Shown here piece by piece: positions 31,582 to 32,000 of a DNA stretch of 32,000 nucleotides. The stretch lies in NCBI RefSeq assembly GCF_003231495.1, contig NZ_PQWO01000007.1, forward strand, positions 30,001-62,000. Reading direction: 5' to 3'. Numbering within the stretch: the first letter of the stretch is position 1; the number at the start of each line of letters is the position of its first letter. The stretch comes from Acaryochloris thomasi RCC1774 (lineage in GTDB: Bacteria; Cyanobacteriota; Cyanobacteriia; Thermosynechococcales; Thermosynechococcaceae). Position numbers and translations under genes: made by a program. The notes under the pieces are model-generated. The model searched no databases. It saw only the letters and a program-made list of their open reading frames with translations, and was not told the DNA's origin.

Positions 31582-32000
31582 GTGCGCACCATTTCTATCC
31601 CTGAGCAGGGTCAGCTAGTCGATGTTCGTCAGAGTCGCTTTGTTGTTACAGATATAAAGAAGATGCAACTGCCTGCACTTCTTGCGACGTCTGGCCCACA
31701 GGCATCTCAACATTTAATTACACTGTCTTCGGTTGAGGATGATGCGCTGGGTCAAGAGCTTCAGGTGATTTGGGAGCTGGAGCCTGGGGCTCGTGTGTAT
31801 GAGAAAGCTGAGCTACCAGAGCCGACGGGGTTTGATCGGCCTGAGTGGTTGGACGCATTTTTGGATGCGGTGAGGTGGGGAGCGGCTTCGGTGGCGGATG
31901 TACGAAATGTGCAGTCACCGTTTCGCAGTGGAATAGATATTGAGGATTATCAGCTTGATCCTGTGGTGCGGGCGGTGCAGATGCCTCGGGTGAATTTACT
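31582..32000 (+). CDS. 5' end of a large ORF (partial, runs off the window); putative SNF2/RapA-like helicase N-terminus
   Basis: GTG 31582 follows an in-frame TAG at 31558, and the frame is open for 139 codons to the window end: MRTISIPEQGQLVDVRQSRFVVTDI...WELEPGARVYEKAELPEPTGFDRPEWLDAFLDAVRWGAASVADVRNVQSPFRSGIDIEDYQLDPVVRAVQMPRVNL. The YQL...PRVNL segment is where SNF2-type helicases lead into motif I. Confidence 0.6.
   Translation, partial: MRTISIPEQGQLVDVRQSRFVVTDIKKMQLPALLATSGPQASQHLITLSSVEDDALGQELQVIWELEPGARVYEKAELPEPTGFDRPEWLDAFLDAVRWGAASVADVRNVQSPFRSGIDIEDYQLDPVVRAVQMPRVNL

Noticed and set aside
31718-31918. 66-aa Pro-rich minus-strand ORF
   Set aside because: It is antisense to the 139-codon open frame that has an SNF2-like pre-motif-I signature. 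Its low-complexity PxP composition is typical of a shadow frame.
1-32000. Search for CRISPR arrays, IS elements/transposases, integrases, rRNA and prophage genes
   Set aside because: I saw no regularly spaced direct repeats and no transposase- or integrase-like ORFs. There were no long terminal inverted repeats either, and no second copy of the tRNA-Pro 3' end inside the window.
1-32000. Many GCGATCGC palindromes, sometimes extended (for example GGGCGATCGCCC at 30889..30900, right after the tRNA)
   Set aside because: This is the genome-wide HIP1 repeat of cyanobacteria, found in coding and non-coding DNA alike. It is useful as a taxonomic marker but is not a local regulatory signal.

Overview
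This looks like a cyanobacterial chromosome segment. The HIP1 palindrome GCGATCGC occurs more than 20 times by eye, and SLH-OprB porins, plastocyanin, IsiB-type flavodoxin and an NtcA-type promoter are present. Gene density is high and most genes are recognisable. From left to right: (1) 1-8.4 kb is an iron/redox-stress neighbourhood with flavodoxin, an alpha/beta-hydrolase-fold protein, a Cys-rich membrane protein, a Crp-family regulator, Dps, a 2Fe-2S protein, SLH-OprB 'iron uptake' porin no.1, a secreted histidine phosphatase and plastocyanin. Fur-box-like operators sit in front of three of these genes. (2) 8.5-16.8 kb holds a flavoprotein disulfide reductase, a STAS protein, HU, CobD, a degenerate reductase paralog and a rhodanese + PAS hybrid histidine kinase pair. 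(3) 16.9-23.5 kb holds a zinc-ribbon Ser/Thr kinase, a KAS-like condensing enzyme, a Pro-rich membrane protein and porin no.2. (4) 23.8-27.0 kb is an NtcA-promoter-driven LysR / TrpD-like / MobA / nitrate-reductase-associated-protein operon. (5) 27.0-30.7 kb holds housekeeping genes (rlmN, rpsD, ispD, a GT9 glycosyltransferase). (6) tRNA-Pro(CGG) at 30.8 kb is followed by an accessory-looking stretch: an orphan 59-aa ORF and the 5' end of a large ORF whose last residues look like the segment just before motif I of SNF2-type helicases. That ORF runs off the window. I found no CRISPR array, IS element, integrase or rRNA. The best candidate for something new is the region right of tRNA-Pro, which is mostly outside the window. 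The second is the divergent TrpD-like gene translationally coupled to mobA. All functional calls come from reading motifs by eye, with no database search.
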